A stretch of DNA of 64,000 nt. Source: Burkholderiales bacterium (GTDB taxonomy: Bacteria > Pseudomonadota > Gammaproteobacteria > Burkholderiales > JAEUOS01). The notes below the pieces were generated by a model that had not been told where the DNA came from, made no database searches, and saw nothing but the letters and a program-made list of their open reading frames with translations. Below are positions 36,347 to 46,617 of this stretch, in pieces (position 1 is the first letter of the stretch; every line of letters starts with the position of its first letter). Where the stretch lies: positions 193 to 64,192 of the forward strand of contig JANLTH010000008.1 in NCBI GenBank assembly GCA_031362865.1. The letters run 5' to 3'. The translations under genes and the position numbers were made by a program.

Positions 36347-37111
36347 TTGAATCCAAGCACCTCAGCCTCAGCCTCAGCCTCAGTCCCCGGCCTTGCCGGT
36401 TTGGTCGTCAGCGCCCATGCGGCCGATTTTGTCTGGCGTGCCGCCGGGGCAATCGCCCTGCACGTACAGCGCGGCTACCGCATGAAAGTGGTGTGCCTGT
36501 CGTATGGTGAGCGCGGCGAATCGGCCAAGCTGTGGCGTAACGGCGCGATGACGATTGACGCGGTCAAAGCGGCGCGGCGGGTCGAGGCCGAAAAAGCTGC
36601 ACAAATTCTCGGCGCTGAGATTGAGTTCTTCGATCTCTCAGACTATCCGCTGCGGGTGAACGACGAGGCGCTGTTTCGCTTAGTCGATATTTACCGCGCG
36701 CTTCAACCGGCTTTTGTGCTCTCGCACTCGGCCAAAGACCCGTACAACTTCGACCACCCACTGGCGATGCACGTGACCCAAGAGGCGCGCGTGATCGCCC
36801 AAGCCGAAGGCCACCAGCCCGGCGGGAAAATCATCGGCGCGCCACCGGTCTACGCCTTCGAGCCCCATCAAACCGAGCAGTGCGAGTGGGTCCCCGATAC
36901 CTTTCTCGACATCACCGGCGTGTGGGACAAAAAACGTGCCGCGATTGAAGCCATGGCCGGCCAAGAGCATTTGTGGGAGTACTACACCCGGGTAGCCCAG
37001 CAGCGCGGCATGCAGGCGAAGCGCAATCTGGGCATTACGTCGGCGCGCAAGATCGACTACGCCGAAGGCTACATGCGATTGACCCCGCAAGTAGTTAATA
37101 CGCTCGGTTAA
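36347..37111 (+). CDS. galB: PIG-L/LmbE-fold protein resembling 4-oxalomesaconate hydratase GalB.
   Basis: VVSAHAADFVWRAAGAIALH...VVCLSYGERGES. TTG start 9 nt after GGGAG. Adjacent to the galD-like and ligBA-like genes. Confidence 0.65.
   Translation: MNPSTSASASASVPGLAGLVVSAHAADFVWRAAGAIALHVQRGYRMKVVCLSYGERGESAKLWRNGAMTIDAVKAARRVEAEKAAQILGAEIEFFDLSDYPLRVNDEALFRLVDIYRALQPAFVLSHSAKDPYNFDHPLAMHVTQEARVIAQAEGHQPGGKIIGAPPVYAFEPHQTEQCEWVPDTFLDITGVWDKKRAAIEAMAGQEHLWEYYTRVAQQRGMQAKRNLGITSARKIDYAEGYMRLTPQVVNTLG
36359..36384 (+). repeat. Hexanucleotide tandem repeat (CTCAGC x3 plus CTCAGT) in the 5' end of the galB-like ORF.
   Basis: Read directly from the sequence; encodes SASASAS. Confidence 0.85.
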
Positions 37112-37116
37112 ATTCG

Positions 37117-38208
37117 ATGCGTCAAACCCGTATCCCGTGCGTGATGCTGCGCGGCGGCACCTCCAAGGGAGCCTACTTCCATGCGCACGATTTGCCGCCC
37201 GAAGGCGCATTGCGCGATGCCGTGCTGTTGGCCGCCATGGGTTCGCCCGACCCGCGTCAAATCGACGGCATTGGCGGGGCCGATTCGCTCACCAGCAAGA
37301 TCGCCATCCTTTCCCCACCAAGCCGTGAAGACGCGCACCTGAATTACCTCTTCGGGCAGGTGATGGTCAACGAAGCGCGGGTCGATTACGGCCAAAACTG
37401 CGGCAATATCTTGGCCGGAGTCGGCCCGTTTGCGATCGAGCGCGGGCTGGTTGCGGTGAGCGGCGCGGTCACCGAAGTTGCGATTCACATGGTCAATACA
37501 GGCCAAGTGGCGATTGCCTCTGTGCCCACGCCAGATGGCGCAGTCAACTACGTGGGCGCAGCGCGCATCGATGGTGTGCCCGGCAGCGCCGCAGCGATAT
37601 CGATTGAATTTCGCGATACGGCGGGTTCAACCTGCGGGGCGCTGCTGCCAACCGGAAATGCCTGCGACGTGATCGCCGGTATTGCGGTCACGTGCATCGA
37701 CCACGGTATGCCGATTGTGCTGCTGCGCGCGACTGATTTGGGCCTCGCAGGCCATGAATCACCAGCGGCGATTGAAGCGAATTTGAGCGTAAAGGCGCGT
37801 ATCGAAGCGATTCGCTTGCAAGCTGGGCCGCTGATGAATTTGGGCGACGTGACCAAGCGCACCGTGCCAAAAATGGTGCTGATCGCGGCCCCGCAAGCGG
37901 GCGGCGCGCTATCAACCCGTAGCCTGATTCCGCACAAAGTGCATAGCTCGATTGGTGTGTTGGGCGCCGTGAGCGTGGCCACCGCTGCGGTGCTGCCAGG
38001 TACGGTGTGCGATGGGCTTGCGCGAGTGGCCGATAGCCTCACGCAGACCTTGGCAATTGAGCACCCGACCGGCGAATTCACCGTGACTCTAAGCCGCCCG
38101 CACGTGCATGCTCGGCCTGAAGAAATTCGCGCGGCACTGCAGCGCACGGCGCGCTGGCTATTCGACGGTTTTGTCCATATTCCGCACAGCGTCTGGAAGG
38201 GAAAATAG
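37117..38208 (+). CDS. galD: PrpF-family isomerase resembling 4-oxalomesaconate tautomerase GalD.
   Basis: MRQTRIPCVMLRGGTSKGAYF start and overall PrpF-like length. Confidence 0.75.
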   Translation: MRQTRIPCVMLRGGTSKGAYFHAHDLPPEGALRDAVLLAAMGSPDPRQIDGIGGADSLTSKIAILSPPSREDAHLNYLFGQVMVNEARVDYGQNCGNILAGVGPFAIERGLVAVSGAVTEVAIHMVNTGQVAIASVPTPDGAVNYVGAARIDGVPGSAAAISIEFRDTAGSTCGALLPTGNACDVIAGIAVTCIDHGMPIVLLRATDLGLAGHESPAAIEANLSVKARIEAIRLQAGPLMNLGDVTKRTVPKMVLIAAPQAGGALSTRSLIPHKVHSSIGVLGAVSVATAAVLPGTVCDGLARVADSLTQTLAIEHPTGEFTVTLSRPHVHARPEEIRAALQRTARWLFDGFVHIPHSVWKGK

Positions 38209-39053
38209 TGGCACAGATTATCGGCGGCATCGGCACTTCGCACGTGCCTACCATCGGCGTAATTTACGACCAGAAGCGTGGCCAAGAACCTTCCTGGAAG
38301 CCACTCTTCGACGGTTATCTGCCGGTCGCGAAATGGCTCGCACAACAAAAGCCGGACGTGCTGATTGTCTTTTACAACGATCACGCGAACAGTTTTTTCT
38401 TCGATTTCTACCCCACGTTCGCATTGGGCATCAGCCCCACTTTTGAGCTGGCCGACGAAGGTGCGGGCAAGCGCCCTCTGCCGGCATTTCGCGGCCATCC
38501 GGCGCTGGCCATCCATCTAGCCGAGCAATTGGTCAATGATGAATTCGATCTGACGATTTTTCAGGAACAGCCGCTCGATCACGGCTTTCACTCACCCTTG
38601 CCGCTGATGCTGCCGCATGAACTGCAGTGGCCGCTGGCGGTGGTGCCGATTCAAATCAATGTGTTGCAATACCCGCTGCCGACCGCGCTGCGCTGCTACA
38701 AGCTGGGGCAAGCGGTGGCCCGCGCGGTGGCTTGTTTCCCCGAAAACCTGCGGGTTGCCGTGCTGGGCACTGGCGGCCTCTCGCATCAAATTCACGGCGA
38801 GCGCACCGGTTTTAACAACGAGCCGTGGGATCACGAATTTTTGGAGTTGTTGCAGCATGACCCAGCCGCGCTTACCGCGCTCAAACACGCCGACTATATC
38901 GAACGCGGCGGGGCCGAAGGTGTCGAGGTCATCATGTGGCTGGCGATGCGCGGCGCATTGCCAGACAAAATCGAACGCCTCCACAAAAACTACTATCTCG
39001 CCACCACCACCGCGATGACGGTGGCGCTGTACGAGCCGACAGCGCAAGCATGA
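38208..39053 (+). CDS. ligB: Class III extradiol dioxygenase beta subunit (LigB / gallate-dioxygenase catalytic domain).
   Basis: IIGGIGTSHVP...VFYNDHANSFF...PLDHGF, LigB-type metal-ligand motifs. The GTG start overlaps the galD-like stop. Confidence 0.85.
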   Translation: MAQIIGGIGTSHVPTIGVIYDQKRGQEPSWKPLFDGYLPVAKWLAQQKPDVLIVFYNDHANSFFFDFYPTFALGISPTFELADEGAGKRPLPAFRGHPALAIHLAEQLVNDEFDLTIFQEQPLDHGFHSPLPLMLPHELQWPLAVVPIQINVLQYPLPTALRCYKLGQAVARAVACFPENLRVAVLGTGGLSHQIHGERTGFNNEPWDHEFLELLQHDPAALTALKHADYIERGGAEGVEVIMWLAMRGALPDKIERLHKNYYLATTTAMTVALYEPTAQA

Positions 39054-39415
39054 ACACCAATCCGCAATTGGCCGGGGTGGAGAAAATTCCCGGCACTTAC
39101 CCGTTTGATTTGCGTGCCAGCCTGAAAACGCTGCGGCTAAACCGGTTTTTTTGGAACCTGCGCTTGAGCGAAAAACGCGAGTTGTTTTTGCGCGACGAAG
39201 CCGCCGCCACAAGCCAAGCCGGGCTCACCACCGAGGAAGCGGCACTGGTTCGCGCTCGCGACTGGCTGGGCTTGATCCAATACGGCGTCAACTTTTTCGT
39301 GCTCGAAAAATTTGCCCGCGTGGTCAAACTGAGCAACCTGGCGGTATACGCCCAAATGCGCGGGGAAAGTTTGGCCGATTTCCTCAAGACCCGGCGCGTG
39401 CCAGAAGCGCGCTGA
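39050..39415 (+). CDS. ligA: LigA-type small (alpha) subunit of protocatechuate-4,5/gallate dioxygenase.
   Basis: ATGA overlap with ligB. 121 aa with LRLNRFFWNL...EAALVRARDWLGLIQYGVNFF. Confidence 0.75.
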   Translation: MNTNPQLAGVEKIPGTYPFDLRASLKTLRLNRFFWNLRLSEKRELFLRDEAAATSQAGLTTEEAALVRARDWLGLIQYGVNFFVLEKFARVVKLSNLAVYAQMRGESLADFLKTRRVPEAR

Positions 39416-39460
39416 CCACGTGGCTGCCACGTGACTAAGGTAGCGGCTATACTTGTTTGT

Positions 39461-40267
39461 ATGAAGCCCGAAACGTCTGCGCATTTGATCTACCGCAATC
39501 CCTACCAATTGCGCTTGGCCACACGCGCCAACGAGTTCAACACGCAAACGGCGGGGCAGTGCCCAGGTTACACGCAGGGCAACTTGGCCATCCTGCCACA
39601 AGCCTACGCCAGCGACTTCCTTCGGTTTTGCCAACTCAACCCCAAGCCCTGCCCGATCATCGGGATGAGTGAGCCGGGCGATCCGGCAATTCCTGCGCTA
39701 GGGCGCGAGATCGACATTCGTACCGATATCGCGCAGTACTGCGTGTTTGAAAACGGCGTGCAAACCGGCGAAACGGCAGATCTAAAGGCGCTGTGGCGTG
39801 ACGACTTTGTCGCCTTTGTGATCGGCTGCTCGTTTTCGTTTGAAGAAGCGTTGATCGAAGCTGGCATCCCCTTGCGCCACGTGAGCGAGGGCCGCAATGT
39901 CGCCATGTGGACCACCAATATCGCCTTGGGAAAAGCCGGGCCTTTCGGCGGCAAGATGGTGGTTTCGATGCGCCCGATGACCCCCACCAACGCGATTCGC
40001 GCGATTCAAATCACCTCGCGCTTTCCGAATGTCCATGGTGCACCAGTACATTTCGGCGACCCGGCAACCATCGGCATTGCGAACATCAACAAGCCTGATT
40101 TCGGTGATGGCATCAGCATTGCACCCGGCGAAGTGCCCGTATTTTGGGCCTGCGGGGTTACGCCGCAATCGGCGATTCGCGCTGCCAGGCCACCGATTTC
40201 CATTACGCACAAACCCGGCCACATGCTGGTCACTGATATTCGCAATTCCACGCTTGCTGCTTTTTGA
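39461..40267 (+). CDS. DUF1445/UPF0317 putative hydro-lyase (D-glutamate-cyclase-like fold).
   Basis: [36 protein letters not shown] pattern. An alternative GTG start exists at 39431. Confidence 0.65.
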   Translation: MKPETSAHLIYRNPYQLRLATRANEFNTQTAGQCPGYTQGNLAILPQAYASDFLRFCQLNPKPCPIIGMSEPGDPAIPALGREIDIRTDIAQYCVFENGVQTGETADLKALWRDDFVAFVIGCSFSFEEALIEAGIPLRHVSEGRNVAMWTTNIALGKAGPFGGKMVVSMRPMTPTNAIRAIQITSRFPNVHGAPVHFGDPATIGIANINKPDFGDGISIAPGEVPVFWACGVTPQSAIRAARPPISITHKPGHMLVTDIRNSTLAAF

Positions 40268-40292
40268 CTTTTGACCTCACTTGGAGCTTTTC

Positions 40293-41333
40293 ATGAAAAA
40301 ACTGGCCCTGACCCTGGCACTCGCGACCCTCGCCTTCCAAAGTGTCGCCCAAGACCTGCCCAAGACCAACTTGAAGGTTGTAGGCTCCATCTCCAGCCTG
40401 CCGCCGTACAAAGATTACGAACTGCCCTTCTGGACCAAAACGCTGGGCGAAAAATCCAAAGGTGCGATCACCGCCGACGTCAAGGGCTTCAACGAAATGG
40501 GACTCAAAGGCCCAGAAGTATTGCGCTTGATGAGTCAGGGTGTCATCGAAATGGGCGCTACCGTTCTGGCCTATTTGGCGGCGGACGACCCCACCAATGA
40601 GGCTGTTGACATTGCCGGTTTGGTGACCGATGTGGAGATTGCTCGTAAAGTAACCGAGGCTTCCAAGCCGATGTACGAGAAGCTGTTCCGCGAAAAATTC
40701 GGGGTCAAGCTCTTAGGCATTTCAACCTACCCTGCCCAGGTCGCCTATTGCAATGCCGAAATCAAAAGCTTGGCGGACTTGAAAGGCAAAAAAGTGCGCG
40801 TGGGCGGGCGTTCGCAAGCCGAATTGATCGAAGCTTTGGGCGGCACGCCGGTCACGATGGCCTTCGGTGAAGTGGTGCCTGCGCTGCAAAACAAGGTGGT
40901 GGATTGCGGCATTACCGGCACCTTGTCGGGCAACTTGGCGAAATGGCACGAGGTCACCACGCACCTCTTGGCATTGCCCTTAAGTTGGGGCCAAATCGCC
41001 TATGCAGCGCAGCAAAAATCTTGGGACAAGCTGGACCCAAGAGTGCGCTCGCTGATTGAGACTGAAGTCAAGGGGCTCGAAAAGTCGATTTGGGACGCAG
41101 CCGCGCTGCACACCGCGCAAGGCTATTCCTGCAATAGCGGTGCGGATGATTGCAAGCTGGGCCAAAAAGGCAAGATGAAGCTGGTCGTTGCGTCCGATGC
41201 CGACAAAGCGCTGCTCAAGAAAATTGTCAATGACACGATGATTCCGAAATGGTCGGCCCGAGCACCGGCTGAAAGCATTGCCGCCTTCAATGAGGGCATC
41301 GGCAAAGTGGTCGGTGTCAGCGCGAAAAAATAA
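40293..41333 (+). CDS. dctP: TRAP transporter substrate-binding subunit (DctP family).
   Basis: GGAG 6 nt upstream of the ATG, a signal peptide ending SVAQD, and adjacent dctQ/dctM genes. Confidence 0.85.
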   Translation: MKKLALTLALATLAFQSVAQDLPKTNLKVVGSISSLPPYKDYELPFWTKTLGEKSKGAITADVKGFNEMGLKGPEVLRLMSQGVIEMGATVLAYLAADDPTNEAVDIAGLVTDVEIARKVTEASKPMYEKLFREKFGVKLLGISTYPAQVAYCNAEIKSLADLKGKKVRVGGRSQAELIEALGGTPVTMAFGEVVPALQNKVVDCGITGTLSGNLAKWHEVTTHLLALPLSWGQIAYAAQQKSWDKLDPRVRSLIETEVKGLEKSIWDAAALHTAQGYSCNSGADDCKLGQKGKMKLVVASDADKALLKKIVNDTMIPKWSARAPAESIAAFNEGIGKVVGVSAKK

Positions 41334-41377
41334 GACCATTGCCTGAAGACCCTTTTCAGATAATCATCTTCCAGACA

Positions 41378-42001
41378 ATGCCTCCAAAACCCGCACTGGT
41401 GGCGGCTCTTGAGACGGGCCTTAAAGCCGCTGACTGGCTTTCGTTGCGCGCTGTGTGGGGTGGGGGCACGATGATTTTCATCGCCGCCATCATCGTCTCC
41501 GTCGATGTGATCGCGCGCAAGATTCTCGGCATTTCATTGGGCGGCGCGGACGAACTGTCTGGCTATGCCTTCGCCATCGGCACGACCTGGGCGCTGGCTT
41601 TCACGCTGCTACGCCGCGCCAATGTGCGGGTCGATGCGCTCTACCAGCATTTGCCCAATCAAGTGTGTGCGCTGCTTGATCTGTTGGCGCTGGTGGCGCT
41701 GGGCACTTTTGCCACGCTCTTGGCGCGCTACGGCTTCGAGGTGGCCGCCGAGTCATTCACGCGCAACTCGATGTCGAACACGCAGCTCAAAACGCCTTTG
41801 TGGGTGCCGCAAGGCATGTGGTTTTTGGGTCTAGCGCTGTTTGTGGTTACGCTGGGCTTGATGCTGTTGCGCGGGGTTGCAGCACTGGTACTGGGCGATT
41901 GGGCGAGCATTCGCGCGCTCTTTTCAGCCCGCACGATCGAAGAAGATGCGCAGGAAGAAGCCGCCTACGCGCTGGCCAACAAGGAAATACCAAAAGTATG
42001 A
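41378..42001 (+). CDS. dctQ: TRAP transporter small permease (DctQ).
   Basis: Four-TM protein of about 200 aa. Its stop overlaps the dctM start (ATGA). Confidence 0.75.
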   Translation: MPPKPALVAALETGLKAADWLSLRAVWGGGTMIFIAAIIVSVDVIARKILGISLGGADELSGYAFAIGTTWALAFTLLRRANVRVDALYQHLPNQVCALLDLLALVALGTFATLLARYGFEVAAESFTRNSMSNTQLKTPLWVPQGMWFLGLALFVVTLGLMLLRGVAALVLGDWASIRALFSARTIEEDAQEEAAYALANKEIPKV

Positions 42002-43281
42002 TCGCCACCACCTTGATTTTGCTGTTGGTATTGATGGCACTGGCGATTCCGGTAGCAGCGTCGATGGGTGTGTTGGGGCTGTTGCTGGAGAAAATCTACT
42101 CGCAGTTGCCGCTGCAACGGGCGATGGGCGAAGTCGCTTGGTCGGCCTCGAACGAGTTCTTGTTAGTCTCGGTACCACTCTTTATCTTGTTGGGCGAAAT
42201 CTTGCTGCGGGCCGGCTTTGCCGAGCGCATGTACGGTGCGTTAATCAAATGGGTTTCGTGGTTGCCAGGCGGGTTGATGCACTCGAATATCGCGGCCTGC
42301 GCCTTGTTTGCAGCAACCTCCGGTTCGAGCGTCGCCACTGCTGCCACCGTGGGCACAGTAGCGCTGCCGCAAGCCAAGCGCTTTGGCTACAACGAGCGCA
42401 TCTTTCTGGGCACGCTGGCCGCTGGCGGTACGCTGGGCATTTTGATTCCGCCCTCGATCAACATGATTATTTACGCCGTGCTGACCAACACCTCAGTACC
42501 CAAGCTCTACTTGGCGGGCATCATTCCCGGCATTGTGCTGACCCTGATGTTCATGCTGACGATTTTGCTGCTGTGCGCTTGGCGGCCGGCGTGGGGCGGA
42601 AAGCGAGTGCTGGCAACATGGTCGGAGCGCACTGCCAGTTTGGCCCATCTGATTCCGCCGTTGGGCATTTTTCTAGTGGTGGTGGGCTCGATTTATGCTG
42701 GCATTGCCACGCCCACTGAGGCGGCTTCTCTCGGCGTGGTGGCCTCGCTCGGCCTGGCGCAATGGGCTGGGCGGCTCAATTTTGCGATGCTGCGCGAAGC
42801 GATTGAAGGCACGATGCGATCCACCGCGATGGTGATGTTGATCGTGCTGGCGGCCTATTTCTTGAACTTTGTGATCTCGTCAATCGGCCTTACCACTGCG
42901 CTCACTGGCTTTATCGAAGGCTTGGGCTGGTCGCCTGCCGCGATGCTGCTGGCAGTGGTGATTTTCTACGTGATCTTGGGCTGCTTCATGGAAACCTTGT
43001 CGATGATGATTACCACCATCCCGATCATTGCGCCGGTGATGTTCAAACTGGGCTTCGATCCGATCTGGTTTGGCATCATGATTATCTTGTTGGTCGAAAC
43101 CGCGCTAGTCACCCCGCCAGTGGGCCTGAACCTGTTTGTGGTGCAAAACCTGCGCAAAAGCGGCTCGCTAAACGACGTCATCATCGGGTCGATTCCGTTT
43201 GTGATTGCCCTGTTTGTCATGCTGCTGGTACTCTCGCTGTTTCCGCAACTGGCGCTGTGGCTACCAAGCCTGGCTTCCTGA
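41998..43281 (+). CDS. dctM: TRAP transporter large permease (DctM).
   Basis: 427 aa, polytopic, starting MIATTLILLLVLMALAIPVAASMGVLGL. Confidence 0.9.
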   Translation: MIATTLILLLVLMALAIPVAASMGVLGLLLEKIYSQLPLQRAMGEVAWSASNEFLLVSVPLFILLGEILLRAGFAERMYGALIKWVSWLPGGLMHSNIAACALFAATSGSSVATAATVGTVALPQAKRFGYNERIFLGTLAAGGTLGILIPPSINMIIYAVLTNTSVPKLYLAGIIPGIVLTLMFMLTILLLCAWRPAWGGKRVLATWSERTASLAHLIPPLGIFLVVVGSIYAGIATPTEAASLGVVASLGLAQWAGRLNFAMLREAIEGTMRSTAMVMLIVLAAYFLNFVISSIGLTTALTGFIEGLGWSPAAMLLAVVIFYVILGCFMETLSMMITTIPIIAPVMFKLGFDPIWFGIMIILLVETALVTPPVGLNLFVVQNLRKSGSLNDVIIGSIPFVIALFVMLLVLSLFPQLALWLPSLAS

Positions 43282-43307
43282 GTCTGCTCTCCTCTCCCTT
43301 TTTCAGC

Positions 43308-44000
43308 ATGACTGCCCGCACGCTCGAATTCCACCGCTTTTCGCAAGCCGCGCCCAACGCGGTCGAGTTCACGCCGCGCGATTTGGTGATCGCGGGCTGG
43401 ACTGGGCGCGATCAAGCCGCAGTAGAGCACCACATCGAAGAGCTGGCGCTGCTCGGCGTAAAACGCCCTTCTTCCACGCCGGTGTATTACCGTGTTTCTG
43501 CCGGGCTGCTGACTCAGAGTGCCGCCGTACAAACGCTCAATCAAGACTCTTCTGGCGAAGCCGAGCCGGTACTGTTCTCGATGCGCGAAGGCCTTTTTTT
43601 AGGCGTTGGTTCCGACCACACCGACCGCAAAGTGGAAGCCTATTCGGTGGCTGTTTCCAAGCAGATGTGCGCCAAGCCGGTCTCGCGCGTGCTGTGGGAC
43701 TGCCGCGAAATTTACGGCCACTGGGATCAGCTCATCATTCGTTCTTACATCGAAGAAGGGAAGAAGCGCGTGCTCTACCAAGAGGGCCGGTTGGCGCAGA
43801 TTCGCCCGCCGCAAAATCTGCTTGACGGCTACGCCAAGTCAGGCAAATTGGCGGTCGGCATTGTCATGTTTCTGGGTACTTTCGCGGCCAGAGGCGGCGT
43901 GCGCTTTGCCAAGCGCTTTGAGATGGAGCTGGAAGACCCGGTGCTCAGGCGCACGATCCGCCACGGTTACAACATCGACGTGATTCCGGAAGTGGCTTAA
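43308..44000 (+). CDS. DUF2848-like protein.
   Basis: 230 aa starting at ATG 43308. The pattern VIAGWTGRD...EHHIEELALLGVKRP is recalled from DUF2848. Family assignment from memory. Confidence 0.5.
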   Translation: MTARTLEFHRFSQAAPNAVEFTPRDLVIAGWTGRDQAAVEHHIEELALLGVKRPSSTPVYYRVSAGLLTQSAAVQTLNQDSSGEAEPVLFSMREGLFLGVGSDHTDRKVEAYSVAVSKQMCAKPVSRVLWDCREIYGHWDQLIIRSYIEEGKKRVLYQEGRLAQIRPPQNLLDGYAKSGKLAVGIVMFLGTFAARGGVRFAKRFEMELEDPVLRRTIRHGYNIDVIPEVA

Positions 44001-44009
44001 CCCCCAAGC

Positions 44010-45104
44010 ATGGAGCAAGTCGATTGCGTGGTGATTGGCGCAGGCTTGGTGGGCTTGGCGGTCGCCCGCGAAATGGCGCTGGCCGGGCGCGAAGTGATCG
44101 TGCTCGAAGCTGAAAAATGGATCGGCACGCACACCAGTTCACGCAATAGCGAAGTCATCCACGCCGGCATCTACTACCCGCAAAGCTCGTTGAAGGCGCG
44201 GGCTTGTGTCGAAGGCAAGACGCTGCTTTACCGTTATTGCGACGAACATGGTGTGAGCTACCAACGCTGCGGCAAATTGATTGTTGCCACCTCGGCTGAC
44301 GAAGTACCCAAGCTGGCCGAAGTGCAAGCCAGGGCGCGCGCCAATGGTGTCGAGCTCACCCTGCTGACCCACGACGAAGTGCGCGCCCGTGAACCTGCCT
44401 TGCAATGCTTGGCTGCACTGGAATCGCCCACCACCGGCATCATTGACAGCCATGCCCTGATGCTGGCCTATCAAGGCGATGCCGAGCAGCACGGCGCGAT
44501 GCTGGCGTTCGAGTCACCAGTTGCAGGCGGGCGCTTCACGGCGCACGAAAAAGTGCTTCACGTGGCCAGCGCCGAGCCGATGGCGATCAAGGCCAATCTG
44601 GTGGTGAATGCCGCAGGCTTGTGGGCCCCCGAAATCGCGCGCAAGATTACCGGCATCGCTGCCGTGCCGTCCGCCCATTTCTGCAAAGGCAACTACTACT
44701 CGCTCAGCGGCAAAGCTCCTTTTTCGCGACTCATCTACCCAATGCACAACCACGCCGGCTTGGGCGTGCATCTCACGCTTGATTTGGGCGGCCAGGCGCG
44801 CTTTGGCCCAGATACCGAATGGGTTGAGCAGATCGACTACACGGTTGACCCGCATCGGGCCGATGGCTTTTACGCCGAAATCCGCAAATACTGGCCCGCG
44901 CTGCCTGATGGCGCGCTCAGCCCTTCATACGCCGGGATTCGCCCAAAAATTTCTGGCCCCAACGAAGCCGCGCGCGACTTTGTGCTCCAAGGCGAAAGCG
45001 AGCATGGCATTCCCGGCCTCGTTAACATGTATGCGATTGAATCACCGGGGCTGACCGCCTCACTGGCGCTGGCACAAGCCGTGCGCGAACAACTGTTGCG
45101 ATAG
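44010..45104 (+). CDS. FAD-dependent oxidoreductase (L-2-hydroxyglutarate oxidase LhgO-like).
   Basis: [15 protein letters not shown] dinucleotide motif and [13 protein letters not shown]. Confidence 0.78.
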   Translation: MEQVDCVVIGAGLVGLAVAREMALAGREVIVLEAEKWIGTHTSSRNSEVIHAGIYYPQSSLKARACVEGKTLLYRYCDEHGVSYQRCGKLIVATSADEVPKLAEVQARARANGVELTLLTHDEVRAREPALQCLAALESPTTGIIDSHALMLAYQGDAEQHGAMLAFESPVAGGRFTAHEKVLHVASAEPMAIKANLVVNAAGLWAPEIARKITGIAAVPSAHFCKGNYYSLSGKAPFSRLIYPMHNHAGLGVHLTLDLGGQARFGPDTEWVEQIDYTVDPHRADGFYAEIRKYWPALPDGALSPSYAGIRPKISGPNEAARDFVLQGESEHGIPGLVNMYAIESPGLTASLALAQAVREQLLR

Positions 45105-45123
45105 AACCATCAGGAGAACTGCC

Positions 45124-45741
45124 ATGATCGACGTGTACGTAGGCCCCACCAACAACGCCATGCGCGCGACCATTGCGCTCGCCGAAAGCGGCTTGCCACA
45201 TCGCATCCACAAGCTCGATTTGCGCAAAGGCGAGCAGCATGGCGCGGCCTTCAAGAAAATCCACGACAGCGAGCGCGTACCGGTGATTGTTGATCGCAAC
45301 GGGCCAGGGGCCAAGCCGATCACACTCTCGCAATCGGGCGCAATTCTGATTTACGTGGCCAACAAAGTGGGCAAGTTTTGGCCCAAAACCGATGCTGGCA
45401 AAGTGACGGCACTCGAATGGGTGATGCACGCCTGCACCGATGCCGCGCCGCTCTCGGGCATGATTTTTCAAAGCCAGCATTTCGCGCCCGTCAAAACGCC
45501 GGAAAACGTGGCGTTCTTTGAGAACCGACTGGTCAGTGTGCTGGCCGAGGCGGATCGCCGCCTGGCAGCACGCCCTTACCTTGCGGACGAACTCTCGGTC
45601 GCCGATTTCGCACTTTTTCCCGTGGTCAAGTTTTGGCATGAATTGGTGGAGGTGCGCAAGCTCAATCATCTGACCGCCTGGGCCGCAGAACTCGGCAAAC
45701 GCCCCGGTGTGCAGGCCGGGGTTGCGGCTTGCAGCGTGTGA
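45124..45741 (+). CDS. Glutathione S-transferase family protein.
   Basis: Thioredoxin-like N-domain with the ERVPVIVD...LSQSGAILIYV pattern. Confidence 0.8.
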   Translation: MIDVYVGPTNNAMRATIALAESGLPHRIHKLDLRKGEQHGAAFKKIHDSERVPVIVDRNGPGAKPITLSQSGAILIYVANKVGKFWPKTDAGKVTALEWVMHACTDAAPLSGMIFQSQHFAPVKTPENVAFFENRLVSVLAEADRRLAARPYLADELSVADFALFPVVKFWHELVEVRKLNHLTAWAAELGKRPGVQAGVAACSV

Positions 45742-45746
45742 GCCTG

Positions 45747-46586
45747 ATGACCCCGCAAGAGCACATCGAAAGGCTTGACCGGCCTGAGCTGCGCCACGCG
45801 GTCCAGATCGCGGGCCTGCAACTGATATGGCGCTGTTTTGGCAATCGGGACCGCACCGCCACACCACTGGTGCTGCTACACGGCGGGCATGGCTCGTGGC
45901 TGCACTGGCTGCGTAATGTGGAAGCCCTTGCCACCGAACGCACCGTTTGGGTAGCCGACCTGCCAGGCTTCGGCGACTCGGACGACGTGGCCAACATGGG
46001 CGATTTCAGCGAATTGGCAGCGCTAACGCGCGCCTCACTCGATGCCCTGATTGGCGCGATCACGCCGGTGCATGTGGCAGGCTTCTCCTTCGGCGCACTC
46101 GCCGCTGCCCAACTGGCAGCGGCCCGTGGTCACGTGCAGTCGCTCGCTTTGCTCGGCCCCGCTGGACATGGCACCGAACGGCGCATGCCAGAAGAATTGG
46201 TGAATTGGCGGCGCGCCCGCAGCCAAAAAGAGTTGGAGGAAATGCAACGCCACAATTTGGCGCTGCTGATGCTCTACAAGCCGGAAAGTATCGACGACCT
46301 GGCGCTCGAAATCCACCTGCGCGCCTGTGAGGCAGCGCGGTTTTACAGCAAAGCCTTTTCTCGCTCAGCCAATCTGCAAGACGCGCTGGACCACTGCCAC
46401 ATGCCCACGCTGCTCTTGTGGGGCGAGCACGACCTGACCGCAGTTCCAGAGGCGCTCGCGGCGAGTCTGTGTGCAGGCCAGGCACATCGCCGCAGTCACA
46501 TCATCGCCAATGCCGGGCACTGGGTGCAGTTTGAGGCGGCGGATGAAACGAATGCGCAGCTCCGAGCCTTTGTGGCGCAAAAATAG
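45747..46586 (+). CDS. Alpha/beta-fold hydrolase.
   Basis: LVLLHGGHGS and the nucleophile elbow GFSFG. The C-terminal GHWVQFE carries the His. Confidence 0.8.
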   Translation: MTPQEHIERLDRPELRHAVQIAGLQLIWRCFGNRDRTATPLVLLHGGHGSWLHWLRNVEALATERTVWVADLPGFGDSDDVANMGDFSELAALTRASLDALIGAITPVHVAGFSFGALAAAQLAAARGHVQSLALLGPAGHGTERRMPEELVNWRRARSQKELEEMQRHNLALLMLYKPESIDDLALEIHLRACEAARFYSKAFSRSANLQDALDHCHMPTLLLWGEHDLTAVPEALAASLCAGQAHRRSHIIANAGHWVQFEAADETNAQLRAFVAQK

Positions 46587-46610
46587 GTGGGTCAGACCCA
46601 CCTATTTTTG
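46581..46610. terminator. Bidirectional Rho-independent terminator between convergent genes.
   Basis: AAAA-AATAGGTGGGT-CAG-ACCCACCTATT-TTTT: an 11-bp perfect stem flanked by A and T runs. Confidence 0.8.
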
Positions 46611-46617
46611 TGCTGAC

